In this document: in pieces, positions 43,474 through 54,057 of the stretch
How the letters are laid out: each line of letters begins with the position of its first letter
Position numbering within the stretch: the stretch's first letter is position 1
DNA from: Candidatus Latescibacterota bacterium
Lineage (GTDB): Bacteria; Latescibacterota; UBA2968; UBA8231
Length of the DNA stretch: 64,000 nt
Assembly (NCBI GenBank): GCA_965206595.1
Contig: OZ242214.1
Span: 4,096,001-4,160,000, forward strand
Direction of reading: 5' to 3'
Notes under the pieces: model-generated
The model's database searches: none
What the model saw: the letters and a program-made list of their open reading frames with translations, nothing else
What the model was told of the DNA's origin: nothing
Made by a program: the position numbers and the translations under genes

Positions 43474-44736
43474 ATGAACCAGCTTGCCGACCAGCTGTTT
43501 GAGGAAATCAACCGCATCCCGTGCATCAATTCGCACTCCCACCTGATGCCGGAAGCGAACCGCCTCGAAGCGAATCCCGACATCCTCGAATTCTTCAGCC
43601 ACGCCTACCCCGGCGCCGACCTGCGATCGGCAGGAATGCCCGAGGAGGCGATGGATGCCGCCCTGAAGCCGGGCCGGCCGATGGGGGAGCGCTGGCAGAT
43701 CTTCGAGCCCTGGTGGAAATCGATCCGGCTCACCGGGTACTCGCAGGCGATTTCCGAGGGGATCCGCGACCTGCTCGGTTTCGACGAGCTCGGCCCCGGT
43801 ACGGTCGAGGGGATCTCAAGGGAGCTGGAGCGCCGCAACAGGCCGGGGCTGTACCGGGAGGTGCTGAAAACGCGGGCGAACATCGAGCTCTCCGTCGTCA
43901 ACATGAACGACCTGGTCGAAGTGGACCGCGAGTTCTTTCTCGGGCTGCCGCGCCTCAACCGCTTCAGCATGCTGAACTCGGCCGCCGACGTCGAGGCGAT
44001 CGAGCGGGACTACGAGGCCGACATCGGCAGTCTCGACGACCACGTCTCCCTCATCCGCCAGGTGTGCGGCGACTGGAAGGCCGCGGTGGTGGCCGGCATC
44101 AAGCTGTCGCAGTCGTATCACCGGGCCATGGATTTCACCGAGCGCAGCCGGGAGGACGCAGCCGCGGTGTACGACCGGCTCCTGCGCGGGGAGTACAGCG
44201 GACTCAATACCCCCGAAGGTGTCGTGCTGGAGGACTACCTCGTCTTCGAGTGCTGCCGCGCCGCGGCCGAGTCCGGCCTGACGATCCAGTTTCACATGGG
44301 GATGCGGGCCGGCAATTACGGCGGCATGGAGGGGTGCAGCCCGGCCGGGCTCACCGAGCTGATGCGCAGCTTTCCCGAGGCCCGCTTCGACCTCTCGCAC
44401 GCCGGCTACCCCTACCTGCGGGAAGGGGCCGTCCTCGGCAAGACCTTCCCCAACTGCTTCCTCAACATGTCCTGGATTCACATCATTTCGCCTCAGGGTT
44501 CCCGGCAGGACCTCAAGGAGTGGCTGCGCATGGTGCCGAGCAACAAGATCATCGCCTTCGGAGACGACGTAATGCACGCCGAGGTGGTGTACGGTCATCT
44601 CAAGATGGCGCGCCGGAACTTCGCCGTCGTCCTGGCCGGGATGATCGAGGAGGGCCTGCTGAGCGAGTCTCACGCGCTCGAAGTGGCGCAGGCCGCCTTC
44701 CACGACACGCCCGCGTTGGTGTACGGCGTCAAGTGA
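43474..44736 (+). CDS. Amidohydrolase family protein
   Basis: INSHSH, IQFHMG, FDLSHAGYP, KIIAFGDD. Confidence 0.85.
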   Translation: MNQLADQLFEEINRIPCINSHSHLMPEANRLEANPDILEFFSHAYPGADLRSAGMPEEAMDAALKPGRPMGERWQIFEPWWKSIRLTGYSQAISEGIRDLLGFDELGPGTVEGISRELERRNRPGLYREVLKTRANIELSVVNMNDLVEVDREFFLGLPRLNRFSMLNSAADVEAIERDYEADIGSLDDHVSLIRQVCGDWKAAVVAGIKLSQSYHRAMDFTERSREDAAAVYDRLLRGEYSGLNTPEGVVLEDYLVFECCRAAAESGLTIQFHMGMRAGNYGGMEGCSPAGLTELMRSFPEARFDLSHAGYPYLREGAVLGKTFPNCFLNMSWIHIISPQGSRQDLKEWLRMVPSNKIIAFGDDVMHAEVVYGHLKMARRNFAVVLAGMIEEGLLSESHALEVAQAAFHDTPALVYGVK

Positions 44737-44746
44737 GGTGGGAGCC

Positions 44747-45529
44747 ATGCCGCGCCGTCTGACGCAGGGGCAGGTCGATTCCTTCCGGCGCGACGGCTTC
44801 CTCGTCGTCGAGGACGTTCTTTCGGCCGGGGAAACCGCCCTGCTGGCGGAACGGACCGACCTGATCGCCTCGGGGAATGCCGCGCACATTCCCGATTCCA
44901 GCATCCAGCTCGAGCCGGTTTTCCGCGAGGGGAAGAGGGAGGTCTGCGACCAGGTGCTGGCGGTGCGCAAGCTCTACAACATCGCCGTGTACGACGACTT
45001 CCTGTGGGCCCACGCGACCAACGACAGGATCGTCGACATCGCCGCCGACCTGCTGGGAACCGGCGACATCAAGATGTACGCGGACCAGCTGTTCATGAAG
45101 GGGCCGGAGACCGGCAGCGCGCAGCCCTGGCACCAGGACTCCGCCTCCTGGCGCGACCTCTTCCCCATGGACCTGGTAACCGCCTGGACCGCCATCGACG
45201 CGGCGACCCGGGAGAACGGCTGCCTCGAGTTCGCCGCCGGCACCCATCGCTGGGGCATGATGAAGCGGGAGCAGCTGGCCCCGCACATCCCCCTTCTCGG
45301 GCAAGATCCCTGGCCGATCGTACCGGCCCCGCTCGAGCCGGGCAGCATCAGCTTTCACCACAGCCTCACCCTGCACCGCAGCGGCGCCAATAGTTCGGCG
45401 GCGCGCCGGCGCGGCTACGCCGTGCACTACATGCGGGCGACCACGGTAAGGGACGAGTCGGTCACCGACGCCCCCAAGGTTCCCCCCTATCGCCAGGTGC
45501 GGGGCCGCTCGTTTCCCGGCTGCGTGTAG
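44747..45529 (+). CDS. PhyH-family Fe/2OG dioxygenase
   Basis: FRRDGFLVV, PWHQD, ENGCL, LHRSGAN, RRG. Confidence 0.92.
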   Translation: MPRRLTQGQVDSFRRDGFLVVEDVLSAGETALLAERTDLIASGNAAHIPDSSIQLEPVFREGKREVCDQVLAVRKLYNIAVYDDFLWAHATNDRIVDIAADLLGTGDIKMYADQLFMKGPETGSAQPWHQDSASWRDLFPMDLVTAWTAIDAATRENGCLEFAAGTHRWGMMKREQLAPHIPLLGQDPWPIVPAPLEPGSISFHHSLTLHRSGANSSAARRRGYAVHYMRATTVRDESVTDAPKVPPYRQVRGRSFPGCV

Positions 45530-45695
45530 GTGTCCCGTTCATATCCTGGCCATTCTTCCGCCCATCGAGTCGCAGCGGTAGACTATCGCAGACGTGCTCC
45601 ATCGAAGGGAGATCAGAAATGACGATGCCAGCAGTGTCCCGTTGTTGTCTGAAGATTTTTCCGTAAGGCATTAATTTCGTTGATGTTACAGCATT

Positions 45696-45860
45696 TGGAT
45701 CAAGCAGCACCTGCGCATCAAGGCATTCTTCGGTACCTCCGAGAACGCGGTAAAGACTCAGATCTGGATCGCCATCAGCAGGTACGTGCTCGTGGCCATC
45801 GTGAAGAAGCAGCTGCAAGTCGACCGCAGTCTCTCCGAAATCCTGCAAATTCTCACAGCG
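45696..45860 (+). pseudogene. IS4 family transposase C-terminal remnant
   Basis: WIKQHLRIKAFFGTSENAVKTQIWIAI...RSLSEILQIL. Confidence 0.8.
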
Positions 45861-45952
45861 CCGCTGGAAACCACCGTACCCCGTCGACTTCCCCCATCCC
45901 GGGTTGCTGGAGGCGGCGATCCAGCGGCAGCAACCCTTCCCGGCGCCGTTTC

Positions 45953-46771
45953 ATGCCATTGATTCCCCTGGTCCTGTTGCCGACCGTCTTGCTGGGCTGC
46001 GGCAGTCCGGATCCGAGCGAAACGATCGACCGCCTTTCCCATCCCGACCGCCGCGTTCGCCAAGGCGCCAGTTACGACCTGTTATCGGCCGGCAGCGCCG
46101 CGGTCGAGCCTCTTGTCCTCCGCGCCGCCTCCGGCTCCGACAGCCTGCGCTACATCGCCGCGCAGATCCTCGGCCGCATCGGGGACAGGCGGGCGATCCC
46201 GTTCCTGCAGCAACTCACCCACTCCCCGAACGACTACGTGCGCCGCGAGGCCATCCTCGCCCTGGGCAGGATGGGTGATCCGGCTCCCATCACCGGTCTG
46301 GTTGCGGTCCTGGCTGGCGACTCGTCGGCCGCGGCTCGCGCCGCCGCCGCGGAAGCCATGGGAAATCTGCTCGACACGGTGGCCGTAGCCCCGCTGGTCA
46401 CCGCCCTCGACGATCCCGCTCCTGTCGTGCGGCAGAATGTGGTGGCGGCGCTGAATCGACTCTGGACTGTCGATGCCAGTGCCGCCGTTGCCCGATCGCT
46501 GGAGGATCCGGATGAAACCGTGCGCTTCATCGCGGCGCAGGCACTTGGGGCCCACCGGACGTTGCAGGCTCGGGACCTGCTGCGCTCGGCGCTCCGCGAC
46601 ACCAGCGTCTGGGTGCGCGCCGAGGCGGCGCGAGCCCTGGGGATGATCGGCGACGCCTCAGCGGTAAAGGACCTGGTGGAACTGCTCGAGCGGAACGACG
46701 GACCCGACCATCAGGCAGCGCGTCAGGCATTGCATGAATTGACCGGAACGGACTACGCAGTTGTGGAATGA
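45953..46771 (+). CDS. HEAT-repeat (PBS lyase-like) lipoprotein
   Basis: Lipobox LLGC; repeated VR..A..ALG..GD units. Confidence 0.85.
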   Translation: MPLIPLVLLPTVLLGCGSPDPSETIDRLSHPDRRVRQGASYDLLSAGSAAVEPLVLRAASGSDSLRYIAAQILGRIGDRRAIPFLQQLTHSPNDYVRREAILALGRMGDPAPITGLVAVLAGDSSAAARAAAAEAMGNLLDTVAVAPLVTALDDPAPVVRQNVVAALNRLWTVDASAAVARSLEDPDETVRFIAAQALGAHRTLQARDLLRSALRDTSVWVRAEAARALGMIGDASAVKDLVELLERNDGPDHQAARQALHELTGTDYAVVE

Positions 46772-46872
46772 GGCGGTCCTGGACGCTGCCGGCGCTCGTC
46801 ATCACTATCCTCGGCCTGGCGGCCATGAGCATGTGGCCGGCCAGCCGGTCCGTCCGTTCTGGCGGGGCGCGC

Positions 46873-47130
46873 TCACCGAACCGGAGCATTCAGGCGCTTG
46901 CGGCTTTCCAGCAGGCGCGCTGTAGGTGGATGAGCGTCGATGTCCTCCCTGGTCTGCAGCAGGCGAATCGTTGCGTCCAATCTCCCCTGGTAGTGGAAGA
47001 TCAGGGCGAGATTGTAAACCACCTGCACGGTGGTGGGATCCAGGTCGAACGCCTGCCGCACCAGCTTCTCGGCCCTGTCCAGATCCCCGGTCTGCATCCT
47101 GGCCTGTCCGAGGGTGTTGGCCGATCGCCT
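46873..47130 (-). pseudogene. TPR protein fragment, facing a truncated plus-strand gene start at 46768
   Basis: LGQARMQTGDLDRAEKLVRQAFDLDP...YNLALIFHYQGRLD. Confidence 0.5.
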
Positions 47131-47376
47131 CCCCCCTGGGCGAAAGACTGCGATCGCGAATCCGGGCGGGTCGACAGCCCCACGGACCGTTGCCTTTTTG
47201 GGAGGAACAGAAAGCGAGGGCAAACCCGCTCGTTCCCGGTTGCCGCCTGCTCGAGTCCCGGCGGATTTCTACCCCCTCCAGGGTTACCCGATCGCGATGG
47301 GAATCTCCTCCTCGGTAAGGCTCTTGTCGCTCTTTTTGAACTAAATTCAGGGGGACAGGACACCAAGGGAGCCCGA

Positions 47377-48507
47377 ATGAAACAGGCGAACCGCGACACG
47401 GAACGGCTCGGCGGCGTCGACGTCCCCTCGGCCGAAAGGCTGCGGGAGATGCACGGGAGTCCGTACATCCTCCACGCCCGCGGCGGCGAGCTCAAGGAGG
47501 TGCCGGCCGAGAAAGTCCTGCTTCCCCGCGAAACCAACACAAGCCCGCAGTCCGTCGACCTCAAGCGGGCCCCGGACGGCACTCTCTACAGCCGTCGGCG
47601 GTACACTATCTGCAAGAGCACGGACAGCGGCAGGTCCTGGAGCGCCCACGGGAAAGCGGAGGGGCTCGGGCTGTTCGAACTGCTTCCCGGCGGCGTCCTC
47701 GTCGGGCTGTCGACGGAGGGGGGAGACCCGGCTCGCGTGATCGTCTGCCGGTCGGAGGACGAGGGCCGGACCATCGAAACGGTGTCGGCCATCGACAACC
47801 CGCCCGGATGCTCCGGTGGCGCCTGCTGGATCCACAGACTCCCAGACGGAACGCTGCTGGCCGGAGTCGGCCACTCCGATCACGTCTTCGAGGAGCAGGG
47901 AGACGGCAGGTTGGTGCTCATCTCCGGGAGCGGCGCCCAGTTCGCGTATCGCTCCGGCGACGAAGGCCTGACCTGGTCGCATCCGGCGCGCGTGCACGAC
48001 TGGTTCAGCGAAGGCGGGGTGACGCTGACGCCGTCGGGCAGGCTTCTGGCCGCGATCCGCTATCAGCGGCCCACCCTGCCCGGCGATCCGGCCGACCTCG
48101 AACAGCGGAACCGCGGCATGGCCGGGTGGCCGTACAAACATGTCTGCCTCGTCGATTCCGACGATGGCGGCCGCTCGTGGAAGAACCCGCGGCTGCTGGT
48201 GACCCGTTTCGGACAGACGCGGGGCCACCCGGTGGCGCTCGGGGACAATTCGGTCCTCGTCGTTCACGACACCCGCTACGGCCCGGGGCCGCCGGGCAGC
48301 AGGGGGATGGTCAGCCGCGACGGGGGCAGGACCTGGGAGGACGAGGTCTACTACCTCGACGCCACCAACTTCACCGGCAGCTACGCGGCGAGCGCCGCTC
48401 CGGAGGACGGCACCATCGTCACGGTGGCCGGCTCCAGCGAAGGCCGGACCTGGGATGACGTCAGGTACGCCACCGACTTCTACGCCATTCGCTGGACACT
48501 GCAATGA
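47377..48507 (+). CDS. BNR/Asp-box (sialidase-like) beta-propeller protein
   Basis: Asp boxes STDSGRSW, SEDEGRT, SGDEGLTW, SDDGGRSW, SRDGGRTW. Confidence 0.85.
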   Translation: MKQANRDTERLGGVDVPSAERLREMHGSPYILHARGGELKEVPAEKVLLPRETNTSPQSVDLKRAPDGTLYSRRRYTICKSTDSGRSWSAHGKAEGLGLFELLPGGVLVGLSTEGGDPARVIVCRSEDEGRTIETVSAIDNPPGCSGGACWIHRLPDGTLLAGVGHSDHVFEEQGDGRLVLISGSGAQFAYRSGDEGLTWSHPARVHDWFSEGGVTLTPSGRLLAAIRYQRPTLPGDPADLEQRNRGMAGWPYKHVCLVDSDDGGRSWKNPRLLVTRFGQTRGHPVALGDNSVLVVHDTRYGPGPPGSRGMVSRDGGRTWEDEVYYLDATNFTGSYAASAAPEDGTIVTVAGSSEGRTWDDVRYATDFYAIRWTLQ

Positions 48508-49754
48508 GCCGGGACTTCGACTGGTTGATTCGGGGCGGGCGGGTGATCGACCCGGCCAACGGGTTGGACGGCCCCTTCGATGTGGCGGTCTCAAATGGAA
48601 GGATCGCCGCGGTCGATGCGAACCTGGACAGCGGCTCCGCCCGCAACACCTACGATGCCGGCGGCAAGCTCGTGACTCCGGGGCTCGTCGATCTGCACGC
48701 CCACACCTACGACCTGGTGACCCCCCTCGGCATCGACGCCGATCACTACTGTCTCGGACGCGGGGTCACCACGGCCGTCGACACCGGCAGCGCCGGCTGC
48801 GACACCTTTCCCGGCTTCCGGGCCTTCTCGGTGGAGCGCTTCCGCACCCGGGTTCTGGCGTTTCTCAACATATCGCGGGCCGGCCTCGCCGTCGGCGGGG
48901 CTACGGACAGGGACGCGGCCGGGGAGCTCGAGTCGGCGAAGTTCATCCATGCCGGAGATTGCGCCGCCTGCATCGAGGCGAATCGCGATCTCCTCGTCGG
49001 CGTCAAGGTGCGCCTGTCCGCCTCGATCGCCGACAACGGCCGCAACGAAGCGCTGGCGTACCGGCAAGCGCGAGAGGCGGCCGCTGCTGCCGGCACGCCG
49101 CTCATGGTCCATCACAGCTTCTCCACCGTGCCGGTGGAAGAGGCCCCCGGACACATGCGGGGCGGGGACGTGTACACCCACTGCTACCACGGGTATGAGA
49201 GCACCATCATCGATCCGGACACACACGCGATTCACCCCTCCGTCACGGAGGCTCGCGAACGCGGAGTCCTGTTCGATATCGGGCATGGAATGGGTGCGTT
49301 CAACTGGACGGTGGCCGAGATTTGTGCGGCCCGGAATTTCTGGCCCGACGCGGTCAGCACCGACATGCACAGCCTCACCTGCGAGGGGCCCGGGTACGAC
49401 CTGCCCACGGTCATGTCCAAGCTCCTTCATGTGGGGATGCCGCTCAACGAGGTGGTCCGCGCCTCCACGGTGAACGCCGCGGCCGCGATAGGCTGGCAGG
49501 ATCGCATCGGAACCCTGGGAGTCAGGCGGGAAGCGGACGTTGCGGTGCTCTCCCTGAACGAAGTGGATGCCGAGCTGGAGGACTGCCAGGGGCAGACGCG
49601 GCGGGTTTCCCGGCGCCTGATGGCCGAGGCGGTCTGGAGAGCGGGGGAGCCGGCAGCGATAACCGAGCCGGAGCAGTGGCCGCATCCCGGGAACGCGGAG
49701 AAGGCGAAGGCGGGGTGGCCGCAACTTCTGATCCGGGATGACAGCCCACCGTAG
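48504..49754 (+). CDS. Amidohydrolase/deacetylase (dihydroorotase-like) metallohydrolase
   Basis: PGLVDLHAH, GVTTAVDTGSAG, THCYHG, DIGHG, STDMH. Confidence 0.88.
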   Translation: MSRDFDWLIRGGRVIDPANGLDGPFDVAVSNGRIAAVDANLDSGSARNTYDAGGKLVTPGLVDLHAHTYDLVTPLGIDADHYCLGRGVTTAVDTGSAGCDTFPGFRAFSVERFRTRVLAFLNISRAGLAVGGATDRDAAGELESAKFIHAGDCAACIEANRDLLVGVKVRLSASIADNGRNEALAYRQAREAAAAAGTPLMVHHSFSTVPVEEAPGHMRGGDVYTHCYHGYESTIIDPDTHAIHPSVTEARERGVLFDIGHGMGAFNWTVAEICAARNFWPDAVSTDMHSLTCEGPGYDLPTVMSKLLHVGMPLNEVVRASTVNAAAAIGWQDRIGTLGVRREADVAVLSLNEVDAELEDCQGQTRRVSRRLMAEAVWRAGEPAAITEPEQWPHPGNAEKAKAGWPQLLIRDDSPP

Positions 49755-49777
49755 CTTTAACGCAGGGGGAAGCCGAA

Positions 49778-50593
49778 ATGTTCGATTTCCGCGGAAAGAA
49801 TGCCGTGACAACCGGGGCCGGCGGAGCGATCGGGGGCGAGATCGCCCGCGGCCTCGCGCGGGCCGGCGCCAGGGTGGCGATCTGGGACATCTCGAAGGAG
49901 GCGGCCCGGAACAAGGCCGAGGAGATAAACGGACAGTCTCCAGCGGGGGAGGTCGTGGGGGTCCAGTGCGATGCCATGTCGAAGCAGAGCGTTGCCGCGG
50001 CGCTGGAAGAAACGCTCGACCGCTTCGGAACCGTCCATCAGCTCGTCAACGGCGCCGGCGGCAGCCACCCCACCACGACCACCTCCCCCGACCTGGAGTT
50101 CTTCGACATCGACCCCGAGAACGTCAGGAAGGTGATGGATCTCAACTACCTGACCGGGGTGATCCCGTCCCAGGCAGTGGGACGGGTGTTCGCGCAGAAC
50201 CGGGAGGGAGCCGTCGTCAACATCACCTCGATCGGCGGTGGGCTGCCCCTGGGCAGGGCGCTGGCCTATTCGAACGGAAAGGCCGCGGCCGACAGCTTCA
50301 CGCGCTGGCTCGCCGTGCACATGGCGACGACCTACTCGCCGGACATCCGCGTCAACGCCATCGCTCCCGGTTTCATGATCACCAACCAGAACCGCTTCCT
50401 GCTGCTCGACGAGGAGACGCAGCAGCTGACCGAGCGGGGCGAGACCGTGGTGGAAAACGTGCCGATGGGGCGCTTCGGGGATCCGCTCGAGATCGTCGGC
50501 GCGGTGCTGTGGCTGTTGTCGGACCAGGCGTCCTTCGTCACCGGGGCGGTAATCCCGGTGGACGGCGGGTTCTCCGCCAACTGCGGGGTGTGA
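49778..50593 (+). CDS. SDR oxidoreductase (D-mannonate oxidoreductase-like)
   Basis: TGAGGAIG, NGAGG, YSNGK, RVNAIAPGF, PVDGGF. Confidence 0.9.
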   Translation: MFDFRGKNAVTTGAGGAIGGEIARGLARAGARVAIWDISKEAARNKAEEINGQSPAGEVVGVQCDAMSKQSVAAALEETLDRFGTVHQLVNGAGGSHPTTTTSPDLEFFDIDPENVRKVMDLNYLTGVIPSQAVGRVFAQNREGAVVNITSIGGGLPLGRALAYSNGKAAADSFTRWLAVHMATTYSPDIRVNAIAPGFMITNQNRFLLLDEETQQLTERGETVVENVPMGRFGDPLEIVGAVLWLLSDQASFVTGAVIPVDGGFSANCGV

Positions 50594-50686
50594 TGGCGGG
50601 CCTGCCTCGACGGCGGGAACCCCCGGCACGCGTTGACTGCCGGTACGCCGGAACGGAGCGCCCGAGCTGGCGCGGGCGAAACGCCG

Positions 50687-51751
50687 ATGTTGTGTGAACA
50701 GACACATATCTGGAGGAGCGGGGAGGACGGGTACCACACCTACCGCATCCCGGCGCTCGCCGTGGCAGGAGACGGGACCGTGCTGGCGATCTGCGAGGGC
50801 CGGCGGTCGTCTTCCCGCGACCAGGGGGAAATCGACCTCCTGGTGAAAACCTCGCCCGACGGCGGCAGGACCTGGAGCGACCAGCGGGTGATATGGCACG
50901 ACCCGGGGAACACGTGCGGCAACCCCTGCCCGGTAGTCGACGGCGACACCGGTGCGATCTGGCTGCTATCGACGTGGAATCGAGGCGACGACACCGAGCC
51001 GGAGATCATCGCCCGGTCGAGTCGCGACACGCGGAGGGTGTTCCTGCTCTGCTCGGAGGACAACGGCGCGACCTGGTCGGATCCGCGCGAGATTACGGCC
51101 CGGACCAAGAGTCCGGACTGGACGTGGTACGCGACCGGTCCGGGTGCCGGCATCCAACTTCGGCACCCCCCTCACACGGGACGTCTGGTCATCCCCTGCG
51201 ATCACATCGAAGCCCAGAGCGAGCAGTACCATGCTCACGTGATTTTCAGCGACGACCACGGCGCCAGGTGGCAGCTGGGCGGGCGTGCCCCGGACGACCG
51301 GGTGAACGAGTGCGAGGTGGTCGAACTCGCCGATGGTACCCTGATGCTCAACATGCGCAACTACGACCGCGCCAGAAGCTGCCGGCAGGTGGCGGTCAGC
51401 GCCGACGGCGGCCTTTCCTGGAGCGGCCAGCGTTTCGACGAGACGCTAGTAGAGCCGATCTGCCAGGCGAGCATCCGGCGTATCCCCGGCGCCGGAGGCG
51501 CTCCGGGCCCGATCCTGTTTTCCAACCCTGCCAGCGCCGAGGCGCGCGTCGAGATGACGGTGCGCGCCAGTCTCGATGAAGGGGCGAGCTGGCCCCAAGT
51601 CCGCGTTCTGCACTCCGGGCCGTCCGGGTACTCCTGCCTCGCCTCGCTGGCGGATGGAACCGCCGCCTGTCTGTACGAGAGCGGCGATCAGGTCGCGCAC
51701 CAGCGTCTGACCTTCGCGCGTTTCAACTTGCACTGGGTGGCGGGGCAATGA
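50687..51751 (+). CDS. Exo-alpha-sialidase (GH33)
   Basis: YRIP motif, multiple Asp boxes, NECEVVE, SGYS. Confidence 0.9.
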   Translation: MLCEQTHIWRSGEDGYHTYRIPALAVAGDGTVLAICEGRRSSSRDQGEIDLLVKTSPDGGRTWSDQRVIWHDPGNTCGNPCPVVDGDTGAIWLLSTWNRGDDTEPEIIARSSRDTRRVFLLCSEDNGATWSDPREITARTKSPDWTWYATGPGAGIQLRHPPHTGRLVIPCDHIEAQSEQYHAHVIFSDDHGARWQLGGRAPDDRVNECEVVELADGTLMLNMRNYDRARSCRQVAVSADGGLSWSGQRFDETLVEPICQASIRRIPGAGGAPGPILFSNPASAEARVEMTVRASLDEGASWPQVRVLHSGPSGYSCLASLADGTAACLYESGDQVAHQRLTFARFNLHWVAGQ

Positions 51752-51868
51752 ATCCTGGCATCCACGATCGGGGGTTCGGTCCGCCGACAACATGAGCGAA
51801 TTCGAGAACGCGACCCCCGGGAACCGCCGAGCGCCAGCGCGGCCTCGGCCAAACGGAGAGGAGACACC

Positions 51869-52681
51869 GTGACCACACAGACCAACGGCCATGCCGATCC
51901 CGTGCCGATGACGGAGGAGCAGAAGTTCATATTCGATCTCAAGGGCTGGATCGCCATCCCCGGCGTCCTCGGCGAGGACGAGATCGAATCCGTGAAAGCC
52001 CACGTGATCGCCCTCAAGGAGGCCCCGGATTCGCTCGACCCGCTGGAGCGCTACGCCGTGGGCGGCCCCTCGCAGATCCTGCTGGATCACCCGGTCGTGG
52101 CAGGAGTGCTGCGGGAGATACTGGGCCACGACCGCAGCGAGGACTGCTACGGCTTTCGCTGCGAGAACGGCTTCAACATGGTGCGCCGGACCGACTTCAA
52201 GGGAATCGATCCGCACGGCGGCGGGGCCGGCACCGGCATGTTCGCGTACCAGTGCGTCAACCGGGGGATCTTCAGCGGCCTGACGCGCGTCGTCTGGGAG
52301 CTGAACCCGGTCGAGGAAGGGGACGGCGGCACCCTCTTCATGTCGGGCTCGCACAAGGCGAACTTCCCGATTCACGAAGACCACCGGAAGATGGACTCGC
52401 CGCTCTACGAGTCGTACGTCTGTCCCCCGGGATCGGTGGTGATCTTTTCCGAGAGCGTCTGTCACGCCGGTCCGCCCTGGACCAACGAGGAACGGCCCCG
52501 CATTGCCGTGTTCAACTGCTACAGCCGCGCCGAGTCCCAGTACCACAAGACCAACCTGCCCCTCGAGGTGATCGAGACCATGCCCCCGAAGCGGCAGACC
52601 CTGTTCCGCGGTGTCTGGGTGCACGATTTCAAGCGCGGCCAGCCGAACGACTACTTCAGCCCCGAAAACCTCGCCCTGTAG
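51869..52681 (+). CDS. PhyH-like Fe/2OG enzyme, non-canonical (HGG; FSESVCH)
   Basis: FDLKGWIAIP, GSHK, H...R motifs. Confidence 0.85.
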   Translation: MTTQTNGHADPVPMTEEQKFIFDLKGWIAIPGVLGEDEIESVKAHVIALKEAPDSLDPLERYAVGGPSQILLDHPVVAGVLREILGHDRSEDCYGFRCENGFNMVRRTDFKGIDPHGGGAGTGMFAYQCVNRGIFSGLTRVVWELNPVEEGDGGTLFMSGSHKANFPIHEDHRKMDSPLYESYVCPPGSVVIFSESVCHAGPPWTNEERPRIAVFNCYSRAESQYHKTNLPLEVIETMPPKRQTLFRGVWVHDFKRGQPNDYFSPENLAL

Positions 52682-52683
52682 CC

Positions 52684-53874
52684 TTGGGCAACCCCAACGT
52701 CGAGCCGCTCGCACAGGACTTCGCCGTCGCCGCCCGGGTAGCGGACCACAGCCGCTTCTTCTTTCACGATCCCAACCTCGGCCGGCTCTCCGACGGCACC
52801 CTGCTGATCGCCGCCCCGCAGTGGCCGCGCCGCGGCGTGCGGGCAGGGCACGAGCTGCGCATCGCGCGCAGCGGCGACCGCGGCAGCAGCTGGCAGGAGC
52901 TCGACCCGCTGCCGTACCAGGAAGGGATCCCGTTCGAGCTCGACGGCCGCTTGCTGATGTTCGTCCAGGAGAAGAGCCACCGGGACATCCTGATCGTTGT
53001 CAGCGACGATTGCGGGGCTTCCTGGAGCGAGCCGTCGACGGTGCTGGAAGGTCCGCTGTGGAACATCTCCACGGCGCGGGTGGTTCGCGACGACCGCATC
53101 TTCTGGGCCGTCGACTGCGATCTGCCGGGGGCGGGGTACGGCGGCAAGACCATGCTGACATGCGACCGCAGCCGGCCGCCTCTCGACCCGGAGGCCTGGA
53201 GCCTGTCCAACGTCGTCGAGCCGCCCCGGGTGCCCGCGGCGCTGACGCGCAATCTCTACCCGCGGCAGATGGGCACCCCCTTGTCGCATTACTGGAGCGC
53301 TCCCTTCGTCTGGCTCGAGCCGAACACCGTCGACGTCGGCGGCCGCATCCGCGTCTTCGCGCGCACCGTCATCGACCAGTACGCCTCCGCCCACTTGGCC
53401 GCGGTCCTCGACTTCGACGAGGAGGCCGGTCGCCTGAGCTTCACGCAGCTGGCCGCGTGGCCGGGAGGGCAGTGCAAGTTCTTCATCCTTGCGGAAGAAG
53501 ACCACCGGCTCTACTGGATGCTCGGCAACCTCGTCACCAACTCCCAGGACCTGCTCGGCTGGGGGCCTCGCCTGCTCGAGTCCGGGTATCACGGCGGTCC
53601 GGGAAACGAGCGCCGCTGGCTGTTCCTCCACTACAGCATCGACTGCCTGAACTGGTTCCCGGCCGGATGCGTGGCGCGCTGGCCCGACTCGGTCCTGCGC
53701 AGCTTCATGTACCCGAGTGCGGTGATCGACGGCGACGACCTCGTCGTCCTCTCCCGCAGCACCCGGGACTCGGGGGATCAGCACGACGCGGACCTGTGCA
53801 CGATCCATCGGGTACGCGGTTTTCGATCCCTGGCGATGGACCTGCATCGGGGCGGACTGCACGAAGGGAATTAG
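52684..53874 (+). CDS. BNR/sialidase-like beta-propeller protein
   Basis: SGDRGSSW, SDDCGASW, WLEPN, PGGQCKF, FMYPS, HDAD. Confidence 0.75.
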   Translation: MGNPNVEPLAQDFAVAARVADHSRFFFHDPNLGRLSDGTLLIAAPQWPRRGVRAGHELRIARSGDRGSSWQELDPLPYQEGIPFELDGRLLMFVQEKSHRDILIVVSDDCGASWSEPSTVLEGPLWNISTARVVRDDRIFWAVDCDLPGAGYGGKTMLTCDRSRPPLDPEAWSLSNVVEPPRVPAALTRNLYPRQMGTPLSHYWSAPFVWLEPNTVDVGGRIRVFARTVIDQYASAHLAAVLDFDEEAGRLSFTQLAAWPGGQCKFFILAEEDHRLYWMLGNLVTNSQDLLGWGPRLLESGYHGGPGNERRWLFLHYSIDCLNWFPAGCVARWPDSVLRSFMYPSAVIDGDDLVVLSRSTRDSGDQHDADLCTIHRVRGFRSLAMDLHRGGLHEGN

Positions 53875-54057
53875 GGTGTCCGCGAAGACAGACCTGAAAT
53901 GCTACACCGGCGGCTGGAAGCGGACCGGCAGGACTGCGTCATCCACCTGCCGGAAAGACCGGGGGAGGGGGAGTACGCCGACCGCAAGCAGTTCGTGCTC
54001 GGCAAGGAGATTTCCGACGAGCTGCTGAGCGACATGTCCGTGCCGGAGCCGTGACGG

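Noticed and set aside
45680-45952. N-terminal extension of the HEAT-repeat ORF
   Set aside because: It is an alternative frame of an IS4 remnant; the lipoprotein signal starts at 45953.
46768-47376. 579-aa fusion ORF
   Set aside because: The first ~200 codons are mostly the antisense of a TPR fragment plus intergenic DNA; an RBS and ATG lie at 47377.
53899-54054. 51-codon ORF before the YbaK-family gene
   Set aside because: Coding-like but no motif or clear RBS; probably a gene-tail remnant.
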